The translations under genes were made by a program, and so were the position numbers. Positions 46,435 through 56,045 of a DNA stretch of 64,000 nt are shown here, piece after piece. Origin of the DNA: Candidatus Woesearchaeota archaeon. Its GTDB lineage: Archaea > Nanobdellota > Nanobdellia > Woesearchaeales > GW2011-AR9. The stretch lies in assembly GCA_016214025.1 (NCBI GenBank), contig JACRPH010000004.1:17370-81369 (forward strand). The letters are read 5' to 3'. The notes beneath the pieces are model-generated. The model did not search any database. It worked only from the letters and a program-made list of their open reading frames with translations, and was not told the origin of the DNA. Every line of letters starts with the position of its first letter. Position 1 is the stretch's first letter.

Positions 46435-46752
46435 ATGATTTTAGAAAGATTGCGATTTGGGAAAGCTATTGGAGAGGAGTTGCTTAAGCTGAAGAGTCCT
46501 GACCCTAATCAGCTGGTTCAAAACTTGAGAAAACGCGGGTTTAGTAATAAAGTTCTCCAAGACAGATTACTTCTTGAAGTTGTGGTAAAAATAGATGCTA
46601 ATATAGCACATTTTGAAAAAGAAAGCGGCACTTTTTTTGCTTCTTTCTTCCAAATTCCGGTTGTTCCCGCTATACAGGAATGGGAATCATTTAAAAAGAA
46701 ATGTATAAAAGAGTTACCGGCAATTCTAGCTAAGCTTTCTCTGGTAAAGTGA
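46435..46752 (+). CDS. Hypothetical protein.
   Basis: 105-aa ORF. Confidence 0.3.
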   Translation: MILERLRFGKAIGEELLKLKSPDPNQLVQNLRKRGFSNKVLQDRLLLEVVVKIDANIAHFEKESGTFFASFFQIPVVPAIQEWESFKKKCIKELPAILAKLSLVK

Positions 46753-46786
46753 AGAACAATCTTAATTATTTATAGACGGAGCCGTA

Positions 46787-47191
46787 TTAAATTCCCAAAA
46801 ATTCGCTGGCAGTAACAATCTTCACTTTTGCAAATTCTTTTAATTCTAATAAATGGGGATCACCGCTAATTATGTAATCAACATTTCCAACGACCGCTGT
46901 TTCCAGCATGGCATTATCATCTGGGTCTTCCGTAATAACTTTTACCTTTCCCAGGATCTCAACCATAGTTGCAATTTCAAGAATTATGGAGATGAATGTT
47001 GTTTTTTGCTCTTCAGTAATGTTGAATTTTGGGTAGTCCATTACTCGCTTTAGCTCATCAATTTGATTTGGAGAGGTGATTAACTCTAATTCACCATGCA
47101 AACACTTCTCAAAAATAACTCTGGTTTTCCTTTCCAGCCCAGAGCAGAGATAAGAATGTTTGTGTCTAAGAAGACTTTCGTCTTGCCCATT
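46787..47191 (-). pseudogene. PIN-domain (VapC-like) toxin gene split by a frameshift near 47100.
   Basis: N-terminal MGKTKVFLDTNILISALGWKGKPELFLRSV (47191..~47100) overlaps the antitoxin stop via ATGG. The rest, GELELITSPN...DPDDNAMLETAVVGNVDYIISGDPHLL, continues in the +1 frame as the 46787..47101 ORF. Confidence 0.55.
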
Positions 47192-47432
47192 TCACTGCCT
47201 CACTTACATCTTCTGGAGATACTTTTTGCTTCTGGAATTGTTTCGCAATCTCCTGAGACAATTTCTGGAATTCTGCTTTTACATCAGGCATTTTCACTTT
47301 TTTAAACAATATTCCCCCTTTCACAGGAAATGGAACAAATCTATCTCCGGCAGCAAAACCTTCTTCCATTCTTATATCCTGAGGAACGACTAATTGCCCC
47401 TTTGGGCTCATTTTTACAAGATCAGTTTCCAT
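47166..47432 (-). CDS. AbrB/MazE/SpoVT-family antitoxin.
   Basis: MSPKGQLVVPQDIRMEEGFAAGDRFV is a swapped-hairpin AbrB domain. Confidence 0.6.
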   Translation of the reverse strand: METDLVKMSPKGQLVVPQDIRMEEGFAAGDRFVPFPVKGGILFKKVKMPDVKAEFQKLSQEIAKQFQKQKVSPEDVSEAVKWARRKSS

Positions 47433-47491
47433 GGTATCCTACCTCCATCGGTTATGTTAAACTGTTTAACCGTTGAACTATTTAAATGTTT

Positions 47492-48472
47492 CTATCCCCA
47501 CACCCCTTTAATCTCCTTCCCGCAATACTTGCATTTTCCATTAACTAATCCCTCTACTTTCACATTATATCCTTTTCTCCTAATCAATACTCTCTTACAC
47601 TGCGGACAGCAAGTATTACTGTATTCTTCATTAAGCACATTTCCCAGATAAACATAAGCCAATCCTGCTTCTTTACCAATATCATGGGCTCTCTTCAAAG
47701 AAGCAAAAGAAGTACTGTGCTTATCCTGCATCTTAAAATCAGGATGGAACCCAGAAATATGCCAGGGCATCTCTTTGTCAATGCTAGCCAGAAATCCGGC
47801 AATTTCCCGCAGTTCTTCTTCTGAATCGTTTTCTCCCGGAATTAACAGGGTGGTTATCTCTACCCATTTGCCTAACGCTTTGCATTTCTTGACGTTATCT
47901 AGAACCGGCTGAAGCTTGGCTCCGCAGTTCTTTAGGTAGAATTGTGGATTGAAGCTTTTCAAATCAATATTAAGAGCATCCACAAAGTCCATAGCTTTCA
48001 ACGCTTCGTCGGAGAAGTAGCCATTAGTCACGAATACATGCTTTTTGTTGGGGGTTAGTTTAGCAATATCTTTAGCATATTCCAGAAATATGGTCGGCTC
48101 GTTGTAAGTGTAGGCAAGGCTAGGATAGGGAGAAGCTTCCTGCGCAGCCTGCTCTGGTGATAATGGTGTTCCGAGGATTCCTCTCTCCTGAGAAATGCCC
48201 CAATTCTGACAGTTAAGGCATCTGAAATTGCATCCCACCGTTCCGATAGAAAAGATTTCTGTTCCCGGGAGAAAATGGTAAAGCGGCTTTTTCTCGATGG
48301 GGTCAATATGTTTGGCTACGACTTTAGAATGCACTAAGAGTTTTAGTTCTCCCTGCTGATTTTCTCTCACCCCACAGATGCCTCTCTTTCCTTCTGCAAT
48401 CAAGCATTTATGGTGACAGGCAAGACAGCGAAGTTTGGAGTTTTCAGGTTTGAACAGGATTGGAGTGGGCAT
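47492..48472 (-). CDS. AmmeMemoRadiSam-system radical SAM enzyme (PFL-activase-like).
   Basis: CLACHHKCLIAEGKRGICGVR is the N-terminal Cys cluster. GCNFRCLNCQNW is the CxxxCxxC radical SAM motif. Confidence 0.75.
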   Translation of the reverse strand: MPTPILFKPENSKLRCLACHHKCLIAEGKRGICGVRENQQGELKLLVHSKVVAKHIDPIEKKPLYHFLPGTEIFSIGTVGCNFRCLNCQNWGISQERGILGTPLSPEQAAQEASPYPSLAYTYNEPTIFLEYAKDIAKLTPNKKHVFVTNGYFSDEALKAMDFVDALNIDLKSFNPQFYLKNCGAKLQPVLDNVKKCKALGKWVEITTLLIPGENDSEEELREIAGFLASIDKEMPWHISGFHPDFKMQDKHSTSFASLKRAHDIGKEAGLAYVYLGNVLNEEYSNTCCPQCKRVLIRRKGYNVKVEGLVNGKCKYCGKEIKGVWG

Positions 48473-48824
48473 AATCTAAGAAATATCAGTTAAGATTTAA
48501 ACTTTTTCACTTCAACAGTATCTCCGAAGCTTTTTCTCTAAATTTCAATTAGCATTATCCTGATGGGTTCCTCCAGCAAAAAATGAGGCAGCTGCTAGCA
48601 CCTGAAAGCCAGCTTACGGTCTTTAAGACTGCCTTCTCCCCATTTTTTATAGCGTTGTTCGATTTTCCACAGTGCCATCCTGCTAATTTTCAATATAAGG
48701 GGGGGATTTTTTAAGTCCAAGTGTGCCCAAAATTTTTTGCTAACCTGGAAAATAGTTCTGTATCATATATTAGCAGTGTTTTTAATCCAGTAGTAATTTT
48801 AGTTCAATTAAAAGAGGTGATACC

Positions 48825-49136
48825 ATGAGAGCAATGTTTAATCGCTGTATGGAATGCGATGAAATTGTGACTAACCCGATCTGCTCGGAGTGTCTGGCAG
48901 AACAGATGAGAACGGCAGTAGCTGAAGATTCACCTAAATTGGCTAAGCTGATTCAAGGAATTAACACTATGGGGGAAACATTGTGCTTGTTCTGCCATAA
49001 ACGCGTAGGCTTATGCGCGCACTGCTTCAGCAAAGATGTGCACGAATTAATTGCAGAAAAGAATCCGCAGTTGGCCAAGAAGTTCATGGCGCAGTTTGAT
49101 TTTGAACTAAGAACAAAAATAGCTGATTTTGAATAA
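48825..49136 (+). CDS. Small 8-Cys zinc-finger-like protein, paralog B.
   Basis: CMECDEIVTNPICSECLAEQMR...CLFCHKRVGLCAHCFSKDVHELIAEKNPQLAKKFMAQFDFELR. It is about 50% identical to 26946..27263. Confidence 0.55.
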   Translation: MRAMFNRCMECDEIVTNPICSECLAEQMRTAVAEDSPKLAKLIQGINTMGETLCLFCHKRVGLCAHCFSKDVHELIAEKNPQLAKKFMAQFDFELRTKIADFE

Positions 49137-49224
49137 ATAGCATAGTTAGCATTTTCTTACACACCATTCCCGCTAAATTTTCTTAGAGTAACTTTAATAA
49201 TAACCTATATTTTCTAGAAGTATC

Positions 49225-50358
49225 ATGTTCAATTTTAGAATTAAACATAAAGCTCAAAACAGCCAGGCGCGTACTGGCATCATTAGCACTTCTCACGGAA
49301 AGATAAATACACCTGCTTTTATTCCAGTAGCTACCCAAGCCACCGTTAAAGCGCTCACTCCGATACAATTGGAAGAAATCGGATTTGAAGCGGTCTTGTG
49401 CAATACTTACCATCTCTATCTCCGCCCGGGAGCAGCTCTCGTTAAAAAAATGGGCGGGCTGCAGAAGTTCATGGCCTGGAACAAGCCTTTGTTTACCGAT
49501 TCTGGAGGATTTCAGGTGTTCAGCTTGAAAAACGGCTTATGCGAAGTGAATGATGATGGTGTTACCTTCAAATCACATATTGATGCTTCTAAACATATTT
49601 TTACCCCAGAAAAATCGATGCAGATCCAACGAAAATTAGGTGCAGACTTGATTTTTGCTTTTGACCAGTGCCTGGCTCTTAATGCTGATTACGAGACTAC
49701 TAAGAAATCTCTGGAGAGGACCCATGCCTGGGCAGTAAGAAGTTTGAGAGAGTTCAAAAGGTTGAATAAAGATAAGAAACAAGCGCTTTATGGTATTGTG
49801 CAAGGAGGAAGATTTTTAGAGCTGCGCCAAAAAAGTGCGAAGTTTATCTCTTCACTGGGGTTTGATGCTATCGGCATAGGCAGTATTTTCGGCGATCCTA
49901 AAGACGAAAGCAGGAAGATTGTGGAGCATACGCTTAAGTTTTTGCCACCGGGTAAACCAAAACACCTGCTGGGCATTGGAGCAGTAGAGGACATCTTTAC
50001 TTATGTAGAAATGGGAATGGATACGTTTGATTGTGTTCTTCCCACCCGATTGGCGAGAGTTGGTTATATTTATATCCGGCCGGAATCCGGAGGAAAGCCG
50101 GAGAATAAGTTTAGATACAGGATTACTACCTCTAAATTTAAATCAGATAAAAAGCCATTAGATGGACATTGTGATTGTTATGTCTGCCAGAATTTCTCCC
50201 GGGCTTATCTGCATCATTTATTCAAAGCCGAAGAATTATTGTCTTATACTTTGGCTACATATCACAATCTGTATTTCTTTGCTCGGATGATGCGGGAGAT
50301 TAGGGAGAGTATTGAGAAAGATAAGTTTAGGGAGCTGAAGAGGAAGTGGGTGAAATAA
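49225..50358 (+). CDS. tgt: tRNA-guanine transglycosylase (queuine/archaeosine TGT catalytic core, 377 aa, no PUA extension).
   Basis: TPAFIPVAT...LCNTYHL...FTDSGGFQ...DQC match the catalytic motifs. Zn site CDCYVCQNFSRAYLHHL is present. Confidence 0.8.
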   Translation: MFNFRIKHKAQNSQARTGIISTSHGKINTPAFIPVATQATVKALTPIQLEEIGFEAVLCNTYHLYLRPGAALVKKMGGLQKFMAWNKPLFTDSGGFQVFSLKNGLCEVNDDGVTFKSHIDASKHIFTPEKSMQIQRKLGADLIFAFDQCLALNADYETTKKSLERTHAWAVRSLREFKRLNKDKKQALYGIVQGGRFLELRQKSAKFISSLGFDAIGIGSIFGDPKDESRKIVEHTLKFLPPGKPKHLLGIGAVEDIFTYVEMGMDTFDCVLPTRLARVGYIYIRPESGGKPENKFRYRITTSKFKSDKKPLDGHCDCYVCQNFSRAYLHHLFKAEELLSYTLATYHNLYFFARMMREIRESIEKDKFRELKRKWVK

Positions 50359-50553
50359 CTGCTTTGAAGTTGAAGAGGAAGTGGGTGGGGATGAAAAAAT
50401 AGGAAGAAACAAAGAGCGGGGTGAAAAGTTGATGTCCACATCTATCCTGAATTATGAAATGTTGTCCACAATATCACCACAGTATTATAATTAACGAAAG
50501 ATATATAAATACATAACTTTTGTTAACCATATAATTAACCAAATAAGCACAAC

Positions 50554-51207
50554 ATGGAACAAATACCTTTGCAAATAAGATTGAAAAGAGAAGTCCACCG
50601 CAAGATAGCTTCAGCTCAGGACTTAATCGTCAAAGAAGTTTATTCTGTCTTTAATAAGGCAGTTTTACATGGAGGGACAGCCATCTGGCGGTGCTACTCA
50701 GGCAAGAGGTTCTCAGAAGATTTAGACTTTTATCTTCCTAAAGACAAAGAAAAGATAGAACAATTGTTTGAAAACTTAAAGAAAGGTGGTTTTGAAATAA
50801 AAAAGAAAAAAATCTCCGACCGAAGCATTTATTCTGAATTAGAGCTGGCTCGAACCTCAGTCCGACTAGAAGCAACTTTTCAAGATATTCCCGGAGTTAT
50901 CTGCGATTATGAACAGTCTGATGGCAATTTTATCTCCATCTACAGTTTAACTCCAGAAGCATTCTTGGCTGAAAAAATCAATACTTACCTAAAACGATTC
51001 AAAGTAAGAGACTTGTGGGATATTTTCTTTTTATTAAAGAGCGTTAAAGATTTAAAACAAATTAAAGAGATGGCAGCATTCATTAAAAACTATAAACAGC
51101 CTGTAGATGAAGAAAATCTTAAAGCCATCCTGCTGGAAGGGATAGTGCCCTCAGCTCAAGAGATGTTAATATATATCCACCAAAAATGGGAACAAGAATC
51201 CACTTAG
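50554..51207 (+). CDS. AbiEii/DUF1814-family nucleotidyltransferase (type IV TA toxin-like).
   Basis: LHGGTAIWRCYSGKRFSEDLDFY is the characteristic GGTAL...R.S.DLDF NTase motif. Confidence 0.6.
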   Translation: MEQIPLQIRLKREVHRKIASAQDLIVKEVYSVFNKAVLHGGTAIWRCYSGKRFSEDLDFYLPKDKEKIEQLFENLKKGGFEIKKKKISDRSIYSELELARTSVRLEATFQDIPGVICDYEQSDGNFISIYSLTPEAFLAEKINTYLKRFKVRDLWDIFFLLKSVKDLKQIKEMAAFIKNYKQPVDEENLKAILLEGIVPSAQEMLIYIHQKWEQEST

Positions 51208-51776
51208 CTCAGATTGAACGCCTGTTTGAAAAAAGCCCGGTAGTAGATTTTAAGTCTATTGCAAGAATAATTCGATCCGGCAAAGGTAAAAGTAGGAGCA
51301 ATTATGCTAAACTAATGGTTTCTAATCTGTTGAAGAAAGACAAAATCCATAAAGTCGGAAAAGGATATTACTCCCAGCATAATGAAAGCTCTTTGGCTGT
51401 TTTTGGGTTTCAGCCCGCTTATTTGGGCTTGCAAAGTGCTCTAAGTTACTATGGGTTGTGGGAGCAGGAGACCATACCCATAATCTTAACTACAAAAAAA
51501 GTTAGAAGAGGGCTCCGGCAAGTCTTGGGAACAAATATTCTAGTAAGAAATATCAGCAGGAAGTATTTCTTCGGTTTTGAGCTGGCCAGAGAAGAAAGTT
51601 TTTATCTGCCCTACTCTGACTTGGAAAAAACGCTGATCGATTTTGTTGTGTTTAATGAAAAGATTGATGATTCTGTCTTAAAAGCGCTGGCTAAGAGAGT
51701 TGATAGAGATAAGTTAAAGAAATATCTCTGGAGGTATCCTAAAAAGCTCAGAGGGAGGGTGGAGGGGGTTTTATAG
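51186..51776 (+). CDS. AbiEi/COG5340-like transcriptional regulator (antitoxin-like). It overlaps the NTase gene.
   Basis: The 22-nt overlap with the upstream NTase gene indicates an operon. N-terminus ERLFEKSPVVDFKSIARII is HTH-like. Confidence 0.45.
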   Translation: MGTRIHLAQIERLFEKSPVVDFKSIARIIRSGKGKSRSNYAKLMVSNLLKKDKIHKVGKGYYSQHNESSLAVFGFQPAYLGLQSALSYYGLWEQETIPIILTTKKVRRGLRQVLGTNILVRNISRKYFFGFELAREESFYLPYSDLEKTLIDFVVFNEKIDDSVLKALAKRVDRDKLKKYLWRYPKKLRGRVEGVL

Positions 51777-51917
51777 CTAGTTTTCCGGCAATTTCTTTAC
51801 TCGCTGGGAGAGGGGATGATGATTTTTGAAAAGGGTAATTTAGCTGCTGCTGGAATCGGGCTAACAATTAATCGCAGAAAAGAAGAATAATCCTATCCCC
51901 CCATTAGTATATCCTTA

Positions 51918-51951
51918 TTATAGTAAATTGCAAAAATAATGGAACATTATG
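51918..51951. repeat. 34-nt dispersed repeat, copy 2, with flanking palindrome TATAGTAAATTGCA...TGCAATTTACTATA.
   Basis: Exact match to 33447..33480. The hairpin arms are related to those at 63645 and 63700. Confidence 0.7.
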
Positions 51952-51994
51952 CCATGCAATTTACTATACTAGCAAATCTCGACAAGTTCCATAA

Positions 51995-52465
51995 TTAACG
52001 AGATTTGCTATTATCTTCTTCATCACCCCCTCCATCATCATTTGCTTCATCTTCTGCGTTTTCTTCATCTTCTCCTTCATCTTCCATACTCTCCTTTGCG
52101 TTCTGCCTTAGCGTTTCCAGAACAGTTTCCGCGGCCATACACGCTCCCTGCCAGAACATCTCCTCTGCTAATTCTCTCTTAGAGTTTTCTTTTAAATCGT
52201 CTTTTAAGTCTGACCACACTTTTGAGAATTCCTGCTCGACTAATTCATCAGCAAGATCTTCTGCCATTTTCTCATTTAATTCTCCCAAAGGCATGTCCAC
52301 ATGGATTTTTCCGATTTCTTCTTCGGACATTTTTGAGAATTCTTCTTTTTTGTTATCAAAACACTCAAAACAGGCATGCTTTTCCACACCTTCCAACATA
52401 TCTTCCGGGCATTCTATTTCTTTGCCGCAGAAACTGCATTTCACCTTTACTGATTTTTTATCCAT
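51995..52465 (-). CDS. Zinc-ribbon protein with an acidic C-terminal tail.
   Basis: CSFCGKEIEC...CFECF, followed by a D/E-rich tail. Confidence 0.45.
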   Translation of the reverse strand: MDKKSVKVKCSFCGKEIECPEDMLEGVEKHACFECFDNKKEEFSKMSEEEIGKIHVDMPLGELNEKMAEDLADELVEQEFSKVWSDLKDDLKENSKRELAEEMFWQGACMAAETVLETLRQNAKESMEDEGEDEENAEDEANDDGGGDEEDNSKSR

Positions 52466-52510
52466 AAAGCACCTCTAAACTTTTATTCTCCTAACTGTTA
52501 TCCCTCATGC

Positions 52511-54799
52511 TTACCCCTTCCTTTTCTTCCCTTCCCTCTTCATCCACTCTTTATACTCAAATAAAATCTTCTTCGAGTCTAGTTTACCATATTTGTCTTT
52601 AATCTTGTCCGAAATCAACCTGAACGCATCGTTAGCTTTTACTACAAATTCTGCTTCCAGGATAGTCGGATCTTGTTTTTCGATGAATAAATCCACAATG
52701 GCCTGTTTGCAATCCGCCCTTAACTGAATATTCTCCCACACCGCTTCCCAGTTCCCGGCGAACTCTTTTATCTTCCCCGCCATTCTTTTCAGTATGTCTG
52801 AATTGCCGTTAATTAGGTCATCAGTCAATTCCAATTCATCCGTTTTAGGATTATACACCATCAAATCTACAAACGCGCCTTCTTTCAATGGGTCCTCATC
52901 CCATTCTTTTCTCACTTCAGTAATTCTAAGCACTCTCTTGAATTTCTTCAATCCGGAAATGATGGGATTAGCGATTACAATAATATCAATCGCTTTAAAT
53001 GAAGTTTTAGGCACCCCGATATCGTTTACAACCCTATCATAAATGCCATAAGGAGAATCGGCATGAATGGTTCCGGCTACTACATTAGCGGCTGCGCCTA
53101 CCCGCATCGCTTCAAAAAGTGCTACTGCTTCTTTCGATCTAACTTCTCCTACAAACAAGGCTGAATCTCCCATCCTTAAAGTGGATCTTATTCCGATAGA
53201 AGCATCTACTTCCGAACCAGGAGATGATAACGCCGAGGCTACTTTCATTGCTTCTAGATTATATCCTAATTCACGTAATGCTTCTTGGGGAAGTTCAAAA
53301 GTGTCCTCCAACGAAATAAGGCGCACCCTTCGCATTATCTCCACCATAACACTTCCTAGCAGGCTGGATTTTCCGCTGCTCCTGGTTCCAGCAATAAGTA
53401 AAGCGGCGTTATTATCGATAATGAAACTTAGCAATCCGGCAGCAAGTGAATTCATCATTCTTATCTTGGGCTGCATGTACAACGGAAAAGTCCAGGGGAA
53501 ATCTCTATGCCGGCGGAAAGAAAACGCCATTCCTGCCGGAGACAACGGAGCAGTTATAGCTGAAACTCTGGAGCTGAATCCTTTAACTTTTAATTCCGTA
53601 TCTAATATCGGATTAGCTTCATCAAGTGGTCTTCCGGAAATTAATCTGAGCTTGGTAGCCCAGCTATCCACTTCTAATCGGGTGGGATAGACATTAGTAT
53701 AACAATCTCCATAATCCTGATGCACGACGAAAATGGGTAGTTCTCCATTTGGCGAGTTGATGTTAACATCCTGCACTTTGGGATCAGCTAATAGTAATTC
53801 GATAAGCCCAAATCCTATTGTGTATCTCAGCAGTGCCCGTGCTAATTTATCCACCTCTTCTTCTTTAAGTTTTAATCCGCGGTGCTCAGCTAAATCGTTC
53901 AACAAATCTTTTCCGATGTTAAAGAACACTTCTCTCATGCGCTGGGGGTCGACAAACTCTTCCTTGCCCGGCTTATGCTCGGACATGATGCGTTTGGCAT
54001 CGTCGAGAAGCTCGTAACTCTGCTCATCAAACTTAAATTCTGGAGGAGTAATATGATATTGGGTCTTAACATTGTCGTCAAAGGAGAAAATATTTACTTC
54101 ACAGGAATCTCCTTCAGCATCAAAGTCATAACTTTCTTCGAGCTCCCCGTCAGGAAACTCGCTGATTAATTTAGTATACATGAAATCAGGCCGGGTAGTG
54201 GGATGGAAAATATTAGCATAAACCTCTCTCTCGCCCAATTTGTATTCCTGGGTATGGGGCATCAGCAGTTGAATTATCTTTAATTGCTCTATTTTCTGCA
54301 GTGCATCTTGGATTATAGCTAAAAATTGCTGCTGGGAATGCTGGTGTCTCTGGTCGATTAGATTATTTAGTTTAAGTTTCTCTCGAAGTTCTAATCGTTT
54401 CATCTCTACATAAGCTGCTAACGGGTCTTCTTTCAGACGCTTAGATAGTAATCTCTGAAATTGGGCATAACTTCCTCGCACGTAACGCTCATGCATGGGA
54501 TCAACCACTATATGTGAATAATTGTAGCGTTCATCTTTATTCAGCATTTTATATAATAACGATAATTCAATCAATAGCTGGGTTTGCGAATAATCGTATT
54601 CATATTCTCTTAATTGAGTAAGAATAATGGTGGTAACTCCGCTTACTTCTAACAGAATATCTACTATTTTAGCTGCGCATACTTCATTGTACTCAATCGA
54701 AGGGGGGAAAGTACACTTTTCAGTGTAGACTTTCAGTATCTTGTTCTCTCCTTCATGATAAGTTTCGTACTCAAAACAGTTTTTGCCCAGGTCTACCAT
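52511..54799 (-). CDS. Type II/IV secretion-system family ATPase (FlaI/VirB11/TadA-like) with a ~350-aa N-terminal extension.
   Basis: Walker A GTRSSGKSSLLGS, Asp box ISLEDTFEL, Walker B FVGEVRSKEA and His box GTIHADS are present. Length is 762 aa. Confidence 0.75.
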   Translation of the reverse strand: MVDLGKNCFEYETYHEGENKILKVYTEKCTFPPSIEYNEVCAAKIVDILLEVSGVTTIILTQLREYEYDYSQTQLLIELSLLYKMLNKDERYNYSHIVVDPMHERYVRGSYAQFQRLLSKRLKEDPLAAYVEMKRLELREKLKLNNLIDQRHQHSQQQFLAIIQDALQKIEQLKIIQLLMPHTQEYKLGEREVYANIFHPTTRPDFMYTKLISEFPDGELEESYDFDAEGDSCEVNIFSFDDNVKTQYHITPPEFKFDEQSYELLDDAKRIMSEHKPGKEEFVDPQRMREVFFNIGKDLLNDLAEHRGLKLKEEEVDKLARALLRYTIGFGLIELLLADPKVQDVNINSPNGELPIFVVHQDYGDCYTNVYPTRLEVDSWATKLRLISGRPLDEANPILDTELKVKGFSSRVSAITAPLSPAGMAFSFRRHRDFPWTFPLYMQPKIRMMNSLAAGLLSFIIDNNAALLIAGTRSSGKSSLLGSVMVEIMRRVRLISLEDTFELPQEALRELGYNLEAMKVASALSSPGSEVDASIGIRSTLRMGDSALFVGEVRSKEAVALFEAMRVGAAANVVAGTIHADSPYGIYDRVVNDIGVPKTSFKAIDIIVIANPIISGLKKFKRVLRITEVRKEWDEDPLKEGAFVDLMVYNPKTDELELTDDLINGNSDILKRMAGKIKEFAGNWEAVWENIQLRADCKQAIVDLFIEKQDPTILEAEFVVKANDAFRLISDKIKDKYGKLDSKKILFEYKEWMKREGKKRKG

Positions 54800-54924
54800 C
54801 TTTTTGTACTGGGGAGATTGGCTATTCTTATAAACTTTTGTAGGCAGCAGGGCTATTTTAGCCTAGTGCCACTCCAAAATAATCACATAACTTTATTATA
54901 GGGCTGCAGTTTAAATACCTAATT

Positions 54925-55317
54925 ATGGCAGTGAATACATCTGTAGCAGAACCGCAAGGAGGGATGGACCCGGCCAAGTTATATGTATGGGTGAAAGCAT
55001 TAGAGAGCAAAGTAAACAATATGCTGCGGGAGATGGACTTGTTGAAGAATAATCTGGTCAAGAAAAACGACGAGATGAAAAAAGAGCTCAAAGCCATGAA
55101 TGATGAATTGATGGAAATGAAGAGCGAGCAGCAAAAGATGAGCCAGAACATGGACTTAATCATAAAAGAACTGAAGCAGACCGCAGGAATAGAAGAAGTA
55201 GCGGTGCTGAAGAAGTATATGGACTTATGGAACCCTCTAAATTTTGTGACGCAGAGAGATTTAGAGCGGGCGGTGGAAGCCAAAATCGGAAGCATGAGCA
55301 AATCTGCGGCGAAATAA
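54925..55317 (+). CDS. Coiled-coil protein.
   Basis: Heptad-rich NNMLREMDLLKNNLVKKNDEMKKELKAMNDELMEMKSEQQKM. Confidence 0.4.
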   Translation: MAVNTSVAEPQGGMDPAKLYVWVKALESKVNNMLREMDLLKNNLVKKNDEMKKELKAMNDELMEMKSEQQKMSQNMDLIIKELKQTAGIEEVAVLKKYMDLWNPLNFVTQRDLERAVEAKIGSMSKSAAK

Positions 55318-55366
55318 ATATAAACTTCGTATTGTTTATCAATTATTATCATATTAATTAAAAAAG

Positions 55367-55987
55367 GTGATGATGATGCCGGCACAAAAAGATCCCGTCT
55401 CTGATGTATTACAGCTGCGGGAGCAAGGGCTTACCGATAATCTTATTGCGGAAGAGATGAGAAAGAAAGGCTATTCTCCGCAGCAGGTAAATTCAGCCAT
55501 TGCGCAGGCAGATGCATCAGCAGATACAGGAGGGATGGACATGGGCAATTTTAACGTACCGGCACAAGCTGGATTTCAGGGGCAGGGTTATCCTGCATAT
55601 GGCGGAGGCATGCCGGCAGCACCAACCGCACCCGCTTCAACGGATGATGCTAATCTTTACGAGCGCATTGAAGAAACCGTCGAAGGGATGATAGACGAAA
55701 AATGGGATGAATTAATCGGCGAAGTGAAAAAGATTGTGGAATGGAAGGAAAAGATGGAAGATGCGCTGAAGAAGATTCAAACTGACGTGGATAAGCTGAA
55801 AGAAGATTTCAAATTGCTGCATCAGGGCGTTCTGGGAAGATTAGAAGAATACGACACTAAGATGGGCGACGTGGATACGGAATTGAAAGCAGTAGGAAAA
55901 GTATTCAAAGACGTAGTTCCCCAGTTTGTAGATAATGTGAAAGAGCTGTCTTCTATCACCAAAGGGATGAAGAAGAAAGGGGAGTGA
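55367..55987 (+). CDS. Coiled-coil protein with a Gly/Pro/Ala-rich linker.
   Basis: N-terminal helical domain, then a GMPAAPTAPAS linker, then a C-terminal coiled coil KIQTDVDKLKEDFKLL. Confidence 0.45.
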   Translation: MMMMPAQKDPVSDVLQLREQGLTDNLIAEEMRKKGYSPQQVNSAIAQADASADTGGMDMGNFNVPAQAGFQGQGYPAYGGGMPAAPTAPASTDDANLYERIEETVEGMIDEKWDELIGEVKKIVEWKEKMEDALKKIQTDVDKLKEDFKLLHQGVLGRLEEYDTKMGDVDTELKAVGKVFKDVVPQFVDNVKELSSITKGMKKKGE

Positions 55988-56045
55988 GCTTTAGTCTAAG
56001 TTCTAATCTAAGTTATATTTTTCTTTCTTAGAGTTAATTTTATCC

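Noticed and set aside
52005-54169. Plus-strand ORFs (157 aa, 207 aa, 94 aa and others) inside the acidic Zn-ribbon gene and the secretion ATPase gene
   Set aside because: Antisense to genes with clear motifs. Ser-rich shadow of GAA/GAT-rich coding sequence.
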